This document shows, in pieces, positions 1 through 8,157 of a stretch of DNA of 64,000 nucleotides; within the stretch, counting starts at the first letter, position 1, and each line of letters starts with the position of its first letter. The notes beneath the pieces were generated by a model. The model was not told the origin of the DNA and did no database searches. It saw nothing but the letters and a program-made list of their open reading frames with translations. Made by a program: the position numbers and the translations under genes. Source of the stretch: Myxococcota bacterium (GTDB taxonomy: Bacteria; Myxococcota_A; Polyangia; Nannocystales; Nannocystaceae). The DNA is taken from NCBI GenBank assembly GCA_039194325.1, contig JBCCWC010000006.1, positions 64,001 through 128,000 of the forward strand, in the 5' to 3' direction.

Positions 1-2
1 CC

Positions 3-845
3 TTCGATCACGGCGCGCAGTACTTCACGATCCGCAACCCCTGGTTTCGCCGGGCCTTAGCGCCTCTGGTCGAGGCCGGCACCGTCGCTCGCTTCCGCGG
101 TCGGATCGCCGTCGCTGGGCCTGCGGGGATCGAGCAAGCTGGCCCGAGCACCGAGCGCTGGGTCGGCGTGCCGACCATGAGCGCGCTGCCCCGAGCCTTG
201 GCCGAGGGCCTGTCGGTGCACCCCCACGCGCGCATCGAATCGCTCAGCCGCACCGGCGAGCGGTGGTCCCTGCGGGCCGAGGACGGTCGGCAGTGGGGAG
301 GCTTCGATCGGGTGGCGATCACGATCCCCGCTGGGCAGGCCGCCGCCTTGCTGACCGACCTGCCCGCGCTGCAGCAGGTGGCCGCGACCTCACCCATGCG
401 CCCTTGCTGGGCGGCGATGCTGACCTTCGACCAGCCCGCCAGCGCCGGCTACGACGCGGCGTTCGTCCAGCGGTCGCCCTTGAGCTGGGTGATGCGCCAG
501 CCCAGCAAGCCCCAGCGACCCCCGACCGAGGCGTGGGTGCTGCACGCCTCGCCCGAGTGGACCGAGGCCCACTGGGACGCGGAACCTTCCTGGGTCGTCG
601 ACGCTCTAGTCGATGCATGGCGAGACCGAGGAGGGCCGGATCCCTCGTGGGTGGTCGACGCCCTCGCACATCGCTGGCGTTACGCGCTGGTCGATCCCCA
701 GGCCGCCCCGCGTGCCCTCGGCGACGATCGAGCCGGCGTGACGCTCGCGGGAGACTGGCTCGGGGGAGGTCGGGTCGAGGGCGCCTTCCTCAGCGGTCGA
801 CGAGCCGCGGCGGGTTTGCTCCGCTCGCTCCGACACGCCCTTTGA
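3..845 (+). CDS. FAD/NAD-dependent oxidoreductase, renalase-like (5' partial)
   Basis: Frame is open from the window edge with FDHGAQYFT. Later motifs WVGVPTMSAL, HRWRYA and the C-terminal AGDW..GGRVEGAFLSG are typical of the renalase/COG3380 family. Confidence 0.85.
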   Translation, partial: FDHGAQYFTIRNPWFRRALAPLVEAGTVARFRGRIAVAGPAGIEQAGPSTERWVGVPTMSALPRALAEGLSVHPHARIESLSRTGERWSLRAEDGRQWGGFDRVAITIPAGQAAALLTDLPALQQVAATSPMRPCWAAMLTFDQPASAGYDAAFVQRSPLSWVMRQPSKPQRPPTEAWVLHASPEWTEAHWDAEPSWVVDALVDAWRDRGGPDPSWVVDALAHRWRYALVDPQAAPRALGDDRAGVTLAGDWLGGGRVEGAFLSGRRAAAGLLRSLRHAL

Positions 846-880
846 CGCTGCACGGCCCGCGAATCCTGGTGGTCGCGCGA

Positions 881-1018
881 GCAAGACCGAGGCCGGGCGC
901 GACGCAGTCGCGGATCCCGAGCCGGCCTCGGCATAGAAACTACGCCGTCGCGGATCCCGAGCCGGCCTCGGCATAGAAACTACGCCGTCGCGGATCCCGA
1001 GCCGGCCTCGGCATAGAA
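881..1018. repeat. REP-like palindromic element followed by a 40-bp tandem array
   Basis: 57-bp element at 881-937 with arms CCGAGGCCGG/CCGGCCTCGG and an inner CGCGAC/GTCGCG pair. The 40-bp unit GTCGCGGATCCCGAGCCGGCCTCGGCATAGAAACTACGCC repeats about 2.8 times (907-1018). Lies between convergent genes. Confidence 0.9.
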
Positions 1019-1034
1019 CTCCCGCCCGCCGGCG

Positions 1035-1589
1035 CTACTGCGTGAGGGCGTAGATCGCCAGTCCGGCTGCTGCTGCCACGAGCAACCCCATCACGAACAG
1101 CAGCGGACCTCGGTTGGCCGGCGGATCGCCGACCTCGATCGGACTCGACCCTGCGTTGGGAACCACCGGCATGTCGCCTGCCGACGCTCGCGTACCCGCC
1201 TGTACAGACGCTGAGCTATCCCGCACCGGGATCCCTTCGCTCGACGCCTTGTTCGACTCTTGCTCCGAACCCGGGAGGGGACCTTGGGTCGCGGGCAATG
1301 GGCCGGGCTGCGCAAGCAGAGAGCTCGCCGCCCCCGTGTCCTTCATGCCCTGGGCTAGATCGGGTGCCAGCTGCTTGATGTCCAGCAGTCCCGATTCCTT
1401 CTGACTACCCGGCGCTGGCGTAGCCAACCGAGCGCGCGCCTTGTCCTTGGCGGGCGCATCGGGCAGCTTGTCCCACGCTACCGGTGCCAGCTCCGGCTCC
1501 TCGGACTCTCGTCCCCAGGAGCCGTCGCCCAGCGAGTCCCCCTTCTCGGGTTTGAACAGGCTGTCGCTCCAGTCACCGCCAGTACTCAT
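1035..1589 (-). CDS. Hypothetical protein, Pro/Ser-rich with a C-terminal transmembrane anchor
   Basis: 184-aa ORF with a hydrophobic C-terminus, LLFVMGLLVAAAAGLAIYAL. Confidence 0.65.
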   Translation of the reverse strand: MSTGGDWSDSLFKPEKGDSLGDGSWGRESEEPELAPVAWDKLPDAPAKDKARARLATPAPGSQKESGLLDIKQLAPDLAQGMKDTGAASSLLAQPGPLPATQGPLPGSEQESNKASSEGIPVRDSSASVQAGTRASAGDMPVVPNAGSSPIEVGDPPANRGPLLFVMGLLVAAAAGLAIYALTQ

Positions 1590-1798
1590 CGTTGTCTATG
1601 ACTATCGCGTACCCGCCCGCGGGTGGGTAGTCCCCTGACAACGATGGAGCCAACCATCGACCCCGCGCAGCATCGCGCAGGCTACTCGAGCCTGCGGGAA
1701 CCCCGTGACCCAGGTCATTCCCCTAAACTCATCATTTTGGGCCACACCATCTCACCTCATGGAACGAATACCGCACATTGTGATACACGCCGATCACC

Positions 1799-2050
1799 GT
1801 GCTCGGCCGCATGGGAATCAGCGCCAGCCTCGGCTGGCTCGAACCGCGGACTCACACCGCGGCTACGCGCAAGTTCGTCTACGACGCGCAGGCGGGCCGC
1901 GTTCGACTCATAGCGAGATCCAGTCCGGCATTGCGGTCTCGCTCGCTGCGATGGGCGATGCTCGTTCTCGCGCTCGCGGCGTCAGCGATCGGCCTCAACG
2001 CGACGCGGGCCGTGGCCCATCAGCAACCCGCCCTCCCCAGCGCTCCCTGA
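1799..2050 (+). CDS. Possible small membrane protein
   Basis: 83-aa ORF with a hydrophobic stretch (WAMLVLALAASAIGL) that fills an otherwise empty gap. Start uncertain. Confidence 0.3.
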   Translation: MLGRMGISASLGWLEPRTHTAATRKFVYDAQAGRVRLIARSSPALRSRSLRWAMLVLALAASAIGLNATRAVAHQQPALPSAP

Positions 2051-2180
2051 ATCCTGGAGCGAGGCTTCGGGGCGGAGATCCGCCACGCGGATGCTGGCGT
2101 TCCAGAGTGGGACTCCATCGCGGGCGCCTCGGGATGAGGTGCGCAATTTGCGCAAAATTTCAACCGAGAGGCGATCTCCC

Positions 2181-3173
2181 TCAGGGTTCGGCCCCGCCGA
2201 TGATCCACGCTTCGATGAGCGCGATCGATCCGGCGTCGAGGCCTCCGCCTGGGGGAGGCATCGCGTCGTTCATTCCCCCGACACCGAGGTGGGTGCCGTT
2301 GATCTTGTGCCACAGGTAGCTGTCGTTGGGCACGCCGGGCTCGATGCGGTCGAGTGCGGGGACCTGACTCGACGCGACGTCGACGAGGTTGGCATACCCA
2401 TCGCCGAGATCGAGCCCGGCGGGTGCACCGGCGACGTGGCACCCACAGCTAGCGGTGAGGATCGGCTCGATGTCCATCGCGTAGCTCGGCATCGGATCGC
2501 CGCTGCTGCTGGAGCCCGGCTCGCCCGTGGTGCCTGGCTCGCCCGTGGTTCCCGGCTCGCCCGTGGTGCCCGGCTCGCCCGTAGAGCCCGGCTCGCCAGT
2601 GGTGCCCGGCTCGCCCGTGGTGCCCGGCTCGCCCGTGGTGCCCGGCTCGCTCGTCGGATCGTCGCCAGACGATCCGCCGGAGCTCCCGCCTCCCGGCGAG
2701 CTGCTGCCCCCGAGATCGAGCAACCCATAGAAGATCGAGAGCCCGTCATCCAGGCCGGTGACGATCTGATCCTCTGCGTCGTAGCGCAGCACCGGCAGGG
2801 GGCGCCACCGACCGATGCCTTGCTGAAACTCCAGCACGTCGATCCCCCCCACGGCCGCGCCCGAGGGATCTTCGGGCAACTCACCCCGATAGGTCACCGT
2901 GATGTCCAAGCGCAGCGAGGGATTGGGCAGCACGAGGTAGGCCGGCCCGAACACCGCACGCGGCTCGTCGCTAGGCTGCACGAAGAACTCTTGCTCGATC
3001 TCCAGCGCCCCCGGCGGGATCGCGATGGTCAGCACGCCATCGGCCGAGGTCACCAGACCCCCCCCGGGACCTATCACCTGCCGAGCCACTCCGGACTCTT
3101 CTGCGGATGGCTTACAGGCCTCTAGCGCCAGTAATCCGAGGGTCGAGGCGATGACTCGATGACGTACCTTCAC
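2181..3173 (-). CDS. Lipoprotein with a ZU5-like N-domain, GTTGEP repeat linker and cytochrome c-like C-terminal domain
   Basis: AGGAGG precedes GTG at 3173. Lipobox LALEAC. IGPGGG...LTIAIPPGAL segment, about 7 EPG(T/S)TG repeats, and a C-terminal SCGCH...MPP...IEAWI. Confidence 0.75.
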   Translation of the reverse strand: MKVRHRVIASTLGLLALEACKPSAEESGVARQVIGPGGGLVTSADGVLTIAIPPGALEIEQEFFVQPSDEPRAVFGPAYLVLPNPSLRLDITVTYRGELPEDPSGAAVGGIDVLEFQQGIGRWRPLPVLRYDAEDQIVTGLDDGLSIFYGLLDLGGSSSPGGGSSGGSSGDDPTSEPGTTGEPGTTGEPGTTGEPGSTGEPGTTGEPGTTGEPGTTGEPGSSSSGDPMPSYAMDIEPILTASCGCHVAGAPAGLDLGDGYANLVDVASSQVPALDRIEPGVPNDSYLWHKINGTHLGVGGMNDAMPPPGGGLDAGSIALIEAWIIGGAEP

Positions 3174-3319
3174 CCGGCCTCCTGGAGGGCACAACGTAGC
3201 ACGGCACCGCCCCGAAGGTCGCACCAGCCCGGGACTCGCCCGAGACCAACAGCCTGCCCGAGACCAGCAACGAGATCCGACGCGGCTTCGATCCGAGCCT
3301 CGTCGATGCTCCCCAGACC

Positions 3320-4516
3320 ATGCTAGCGTGTTCGCTCATGCGTTGGTGTGTGCTGGGATGGATCGGGCTGGTCATCGGCTGCGGTCCCGCCGTCCCCGCC
3401 GACACTGGCCCGGGGAGCGACCCAGGGGGTCCGAACAGCGACGATGGTCTACCTCCGCTCACCTCGAGCGGCTTCGACCCGCTCACCTCCGCCAACGACG
3501 ATGCCGCCGGCACTCTGGATCCATCGCGACTCGACCTCAGCGGTAGCTTCACCTCGGGACCTTCAGAAGACCCTTGCATCGTCGGCTGGGAGGTCACCCC
3601 TCTGCCTCCCGTCGTGGTTTTGGTGGTCGATGTCTCGGGCAGCATGGTCACCACTCTCGACCACGACACCGAGCCCAAGACCCCGCCAACTACCCGATGG
3701 TTTGCCCTGTGGGACGCGCTATCGACCGCGCTATCGGACTGGGACGCCACCCACGAACTGGGGCTGCGGACCTTTCCATCGGCGCTCGCCACCGCCCCAC
3801 CCGATCCCTTTGCCTGCGACTCGGACGGGACGGCGATCGTGCCGACCGCCGATGGCGCCGCGATGGTGCTCGATGCTCTGCCGCCTCCCCACGACATGAC
3901 CCTGAGCGGGGCGTCACCGCTACGCGCGGCGATCCACGAGGCCCGGGCGATGCTGCTGCTCCGCAACCGGGGTCCCCAGCGATTCATCGTGGTCATCACC
4001 GACGGCGCGCCCAATTGCGCGCCCCAGAGCTCCCCGCCTGAGTCCTTCGACGAGGTCGACACCGAGGTGAAGGAGTCGATCCAGCGGGCTGGATCCGACT
4101 ATATCCGCACCGCCGTCATCGCCTTCGACGTCCCCGACGCTCCCCACGCTGGCGGCTGGGGCGAGCCCATCGCCAACCCCCGGGCTGTGCTCGATGATCT
4201 GGCCGGCGCTGGCGGCTTCGGTCCCAGCGCCATGGTCGCGAGCGACGTACCCAGCCTGCGAGACCGGCTGTCGGCGCTACGTGCGGCCATGGCCAGCCAA
4301 CGCCTGCGGATCCCCGATCCCTCATACATCGACTACGAGCTCCACATCGACGGCACGATCTACTACTCGGCCCCCGACTGCACGGGGGACCATGGCTTCG
4401 TGGTCCTCGACACCATCGGCCCCGGGAACGTCATGCACCTGTGTGACGAGGCCGCGGCCGCGCTCCAGCGGTCGGGGCAGGCGACGATCCTGCCCTACTG
4501 CGTGATCGCGGAGTAG
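3320..4516 (+). CDS. vWA-domain lipoprotein (myxobacterial CglB-like architecture)
   Basis: Lipobox LVIGC, MIDAS motif VVDVSGSM and IVVITDGAPNC. Confidence 0.8.
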   Translation: MLACSLMRWCVLGWIGLVIGCGPAVPADTGPGSDPGGPNSDDGLPPLTSSGFDPLTSANDDAAGTLDPSRLDLSGSFTSGPSEDPCIVGWEVTPLPPVVVLVVDVSGSMVTTLDHDTEPKTPPTTRWFALWDALSTALSDWDATHELGLRTFPSALATAPPDPFACDSDGTAIVPTADGAAMVLDALPPPHDMTLSGASPLRAAIHEARAMLLLRNRGPQRFIVVITDGAPNCAPQSSPPESFDEVDTEVKESIQRAGSDYIRTAVIAFDVPDAPHAGGWGEPIANPRAVLDDLAGAGGFGPSAMVASDVPSLRDRLSALRAAMASQRLRIPDPSYIDYELHIDGTIYYSAPDCTGDHGFVVLDTIGPGNVMHLCDEAAAALQRSGQATILPYCVIAE

Positions 4517-4542
4517 CGGCCCAACCTCCGCTCGCGCTGCGC

Positions 4543-5232
4543 TCACCAGTTCTCCAGCTGGGGCCGCACATCCAGCTCGAACGTCCACGCCGAGCGTGGT
4601 TGTGAGGCCAAGAACGCCGCGGCGTGGGCGATGTCGTCGGGATCCAGCTTGTCGGGCGCCTCGTCCTTCGACGCGCCGGCCTCGCCTATCAAGCCATCGA
4701 CGATGATGAGCGACACGTGGATCCCCTTGGGCCCCAGGTGACGCGCCATGGACTGAGCCAGGCTGCGCTGGGCCGCCTTGGCCGGGGCAAAGGCCGTGGT
4801 GACGGGCTTGCCGCGCAGCGACGCGGTCGCTCCCACCACCACGATGTTCCCTCGTCCCTGCTCCACCATGCCGGGCACCACCTGCTTGGCCACGCAAAAC
4901 AGCCCCATCGAGTTCACGCGCCACGTTTGTTCGAACTTCTCGGCGCTGATCTCCTCGAAGTTGCCCCACGTGCCCGAGCCGGCGTTGTAGATCACCGTCT
5001 GCACTGGGCCGAGCTCGTCGCGGATGCGGGTGAAGCTCGCGGCCACCGACTCTGGGTTGGTGACGTCGCAGGCCAAGGCCAGCGCTGTGTCTAGCTCGCC
5101 GGCGAGCTGCGAGGAGAACTCGGTGCGGCGAGAGAGCAGCGCCACCGCATGACCATCGGCGGCAAAGCGCCGCGCGAAGGCGGCGCCGTTCTTGGGTCCG
5201 ATTCCTATGACGGCACAGACGGGCTTGCTCAT
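4543..5232 (-). CDS. Short-chain dehydrogenase/reductase (SDR)
   Basis: VIGIGPKNG Rossmann motif, YNAG, GATASLRG and AFAPAKAAQRSLAQSMAR. Start placed at MSKPVC. Confidence 0.9.
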   Translation of the reverse strand: MSKPVCAVIGIGPKNGAAFARRFAADGHAVALLSRRTEFSSQLAGELDTALALACDVTNPESVAASFTRIRDELGPVQTVIYNAGSGTWGNFEEISAEKFEQTWRVNSMGLFCVAKQVVPGMVEQGRGNIVVVGATASLRGKPVTTAFAPAKAAQRSLAQSMARHLGPKGIHVSLIIVDGLIGEAGASKDEAPDKLDPDDIAHAAAFLASQPRSAWTFELDVRPQLENW

Positions 5233-5269
5233 GCCCGCCACCATACCCTCTGCGGCCGCCCCATGAAGA

Positions 5270-5338
5270 ACCGGCCAAGTACCGGCCAAGTACCGGCCAA
5301 AGGCCCCGCCCAGCTCCCGCTCAGCTCCCGCTCAGCTC
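5270..5338. repeat. Two short intergenic tandem repeats
   Basis: ACCGGCCAAGT x~3 (5270-5300) and CAGCTCCCGCT x2.5 (5311-5338). The second overlaps the stop codon of 5332..6780. Confidence 0.8.
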
Positions 5339-6780
5339 GGGATGTACATCAGCAGGGTGCCGTCGACGAGGCTGGGCGTATTGCAGCTGAACTCAAACCC
5401 CGTGCCGGAGTCGAGCTGGATCCCAGCCGTGGCCTCGGCCCCACTGTCGGCCGTGTTTCCCGCGTTGATCGTGTCCACATAGCACACGTCGATCCGCCCC
5501 GTGGCCTCGTGGAACATGGCCTGGAACCGCATCAGGTCGAGGGTGTTGCCGCCGAAGTTGGCCGTGTCCCACTGGACCACGAAGCGCTGATCTCCCGGCA
5601 TGCCCAGCGTCTGGTAGTAGATCTCGCCGGCCCCGTTGCTGGGGTTGAGATCGTCCCAGAACACGTAGAGCACATTGGTCGAGGGGTTGGTCGCCGTGGG
5701 CAGGCAGTTGTTGGTGTAGGACAGATACATATCGTCGCCCCACCGGATCGTCCCATTGGACTGGATCGTGAGGTTCGTATAGTCGACCCCGTAGACCGGG
5801 AAGGTAAAGCCCATCGGGACCGCGACCTGGCTATCGTCGGTCAGGCCTGTGGCGATGCCGGTCGCGCTGATGTCGTCGCAGGGCAGGACCCCCGGCTCGA
5901 GCGAATAGCCATTGTAGCCGATGTCGCTACCAAAGGGCATGCCCGGGATATCACACGCGCTGAAATCGTAGAGGCACGAGGCCGTGCACCCCAGCACCCC
6001 TCCGCTGAGCCCGAGCGACGCGCAGGTCTGTCCGCCCAGGTCGGGGCCGTCGCAGGACTCGGCGCCCCCCAATGAATTGTCGCCACACAGGCCACAGCCG
6101 GAGGGATCGAAGCCCGAGCAATCGGGTAGGCACGCGATCTGGCCGTAGTCGAAGCCTTCGTCCTCGCAGGTCTGACCCAGCAGCGCCACGCCGTCGCAGG
6201 GCTCTTCGCCGTCGACGATGACGTTGCCGCACGTGCCACAGCCGCTGGTATCGAAGGCTCGACAGTTGTTCTCACAGCCCAGCGTGCCGCTGTCGAAGCC
6301 CAGCGTCTGGCAGGTTTGTCCGCCCAGATCGTCGCCGTCGCAGGTGTCCGAGCCGTCGAGGATCCCGTTGCCACAGGTGAAGTACACACAGCCGCTGACG
6401 TCGTAACCCGAGCAATCTCGCGCGCACGCCAGCTCGCCGCCGTCGAACCCCTGGCTGGCACAGCCCAGGTTGTCTAGATCCGTCCCGTCACAGACTTCAT
6501 CGCCCTCGATCATGTCGTTGCCGCACTCGAAGCCGGGGCCGGTGCTGCTGCTCATGGACGTCGTGGCATCACCAGGATCTCCGGACGAATCCACGCCGGA
6601 GTCGTCGCTCGACCCCCCCGGGATCTGCCCCGATGTGGTCGGATCAGGCAGCGTGGCGCTCGTCGAGACACCGCTGGAGCTCGGGCTGACCCCCGTCGAC
6701 TCTTCGTCGAAAATCTGCCCAGGGCTACAACCTAGCCCCAATAGCCCCCCACCGACCAACACGACGAGCGCCCTTTGCAT
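5332..6780 (-). CDS. Cys-rich repeat lipoprotein with a nidogen (NIDO)-like C-terminal domain
   Basis: Lipobox LGLGC, Ser/Thr linker, 4 CG(N/D)...CDG.DL...C repeats. C-terminal domain has GFTFPVYG, SNG, VFWDDL and FVVQW. Confidence 0.8.
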   Translation of the reverse strand: MQRALVVLVGGGLLGLGCSPGQIFDEESTGVSPSSSGVSTSATLPDPTTSGQIPGGSSDDSGVDSSGDPGDATTSMSSSTGPGFECGNDMIEGDEVCDGTDLDNLGCASQGFDGGELACARDCSGYDVSGCVYFTCGNGILDGSDTCDGDDLGGQTCQTLGFDSGTLGCENNCRAFDTSGCGTCGNVIVDGEEPCDGVALLGQTCEDEGFDYGQIACLPDCSGFDPSGCGLCGDNSLGGAESCDGPDLGGQTCASLGLSGGVLGCTASCLYDFSACDIPGMPFGSDIGYNGYSLEPGVLPCDDISATGIATGLTDDSQVAVPMGFTFPVYGVDYTNLTIQSNGTIRWGDDMYLSYTNNCLPTATNPSTNVLYVFWDDLNPSNGAGEIYYQTLGMPGDQRFVVQWDTANFGGNTLDLMRFQAMFHEATGRIDVCYVDTINAGNTADSGAEATAGIQLDSGTGFEFSCNTPSLVDGTLLMYIPS

Positions 6781-6907
6781 GATCCATACACTTTAATGGT
6801 TGTCGACCCCCAGGTCTAACATTTTACCGATTCCACCACGAATTCCGCCGTTCCCCGACGCAGGATCAAGAACACGTAGTACTCGATCGATCGGGTCACT
6901 GGCTCAC

Positions 6908-7828
6908 TCAGTATTCGACCACCCCCTTGCCCTTGAGCCCCACCAAGATCCGGGACAACGTCAGATCGTCGGTGGCGCTGGAATCAAGGACCCGCCACCA
7001 GCTACCGTGCTCGACCAGATCCTGCACCAGCTCGAGCTCACCTTCCTCGAGCTCCTTCCAACGCACGGGGCTCGGCTTGGCCAGGGCCACCCGCGACCGC
7101 GGCTTGGGCAGCGGATGCCTCTTGGCCAGCGCGATCAGCTCGTCCTCCTGGCGAGCCGCCTCCATCAGCATGTGCTCGAGCGACATGCTGATCTCCTGGG
7201 GCGCCTCCTCGAGCACCTCGTGATCGAGTTCGAAGCTGCCCCGCTTCCAGTTGAGCATGCGGATCAGCCCCTTCTCGGGCTGCAGCTCGCTCGCCCCCGA
7301 GATCGACGCGTAGTACACCCGGCCTTCGCGTAGGTGCAGCGCCCCCACCCGATCGGCGTCGGGGTCGCGAACCTTGAGCGTCCCCGACTTGCGGCTCGTC
7401 GCCAGCCACTGCAACACGTCCATCAGCGGGATGTCCTCGATGCTCCCCGCCATCGAGCGGTTGGAGAGATCGGTCGAGCGATGAGCTTCCCCCGCCCGCT
7501 TGCTCAGCACCGCGTCGGGCTCGGCATAGCGAACCTTGGCCAGGCTGGAGCCGATCGCGATGCGATCCCCCTCGCGTAGGCAGTGGCGCTCGACCGCTTC
7601 GCCGTTGACGATCGTGCCGTTGCGCGAGCCGAGATCGCGCACCCAGATCCGGCCCCGCGACGGATAGAAGCGCGCGTGCTTGCGGCTGACCGCATCGTCC
7701 GCGAGGATGAGATCCACCTCGGTGCTGCGGCCCGCGATATAGCTGCGCCGATCATCCAGCGGAAAATCCTGACCTTCGTACCGCCCAGACACGAAGCGCA
7801 GCACCGTGACGCGGCCGTCGTCCGTCAT
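6908..7828 (-). CDS. FHA domain plus DUF4388 (PatA_N-like) protein
   Basis: FHA motifs AGR, VSRKHA and DLGSRNGT. C-terminal MAGSIEDIPLMDVLQWL...KSGTL...GRVYYA...W.RGSF. Confidence 0.88.
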   Translation of the reverse strand: MTDDGRVTVLRFVSGRYEGQDFPLDDRRSYIAGRSTEVDLILADDAVSRKHARFYPSRGRIWVRDLGSRNGTIVNGEAVERHCLREGDRIAIGSSLAKVRYAEPDAVLSKRAGEAHRSTDLSNRSMAGSIEDIPLMDVLQWLATSRKSGTLKVRDPDADRVGALHLREGRVYYASISGASELQPEKGLIRMLNWKRGSFELDHEVLEEAPQEISMSLEHMLMEAARQEDELIALAKRHPLPKPRSRVALAKPSPVRWKELEEGELELVQDLVEHGSWWRVLDSSATDDLTLSRILVGLKGKGVVEY

Positions 7829-7961
7829 CCCCGCGACGCAACATACGCGCCCTGCGGCCTTAGCGTCAACGCCGCTCTAGGACAGCGAACGCCGGATCGT
7901 GCTGACCCTAACGAACCGACCGACGCTCGTGCCATCGGCCCGATCGGCTGCTCACACGCAG

Positions 7962-8124
7962 AAAAAAAGCCACCCTTCGCCCCGGGAGTGCCCTCGATCA
8001 CCCCCAGAGCCAAACCACCGTGAGCGGTACGTTTTAGGCCCCTGCGCGAGCGGGACGGGGGGATGCCCCGGTAGCGCTTATTGCGCGATGCGTGATCTCC
8101 CGGGGGGATCCACGTCTTGAAGGG
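7962..8124. ncRNA. Candidate structured RNA (unassigned family)
   Basis: Nested long-range stems plus four internal hairpins in the divergent intergenic region, with an A7 tract at one end. See findings. Confidence 0.4.
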
Positions 8125-8157
8125 CCACCCGCCGCAGTGAAGACTGGGAGCGTGTCG

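Noticed and set aside
907..1018. Possible CRISPR array
   Set aside because: The units are contiguous with identical linkers, so there are no unique spacers, and there are no cas genes in the window.
7962..8124. Assignment as 6S RNA, c-di-GMP riboswitch or tRNA-Sec
   Set aside because: Only fragmentary resemblance. Key consensus elements and the usual gene context are absent, so it is kept as an unassigned candidate.
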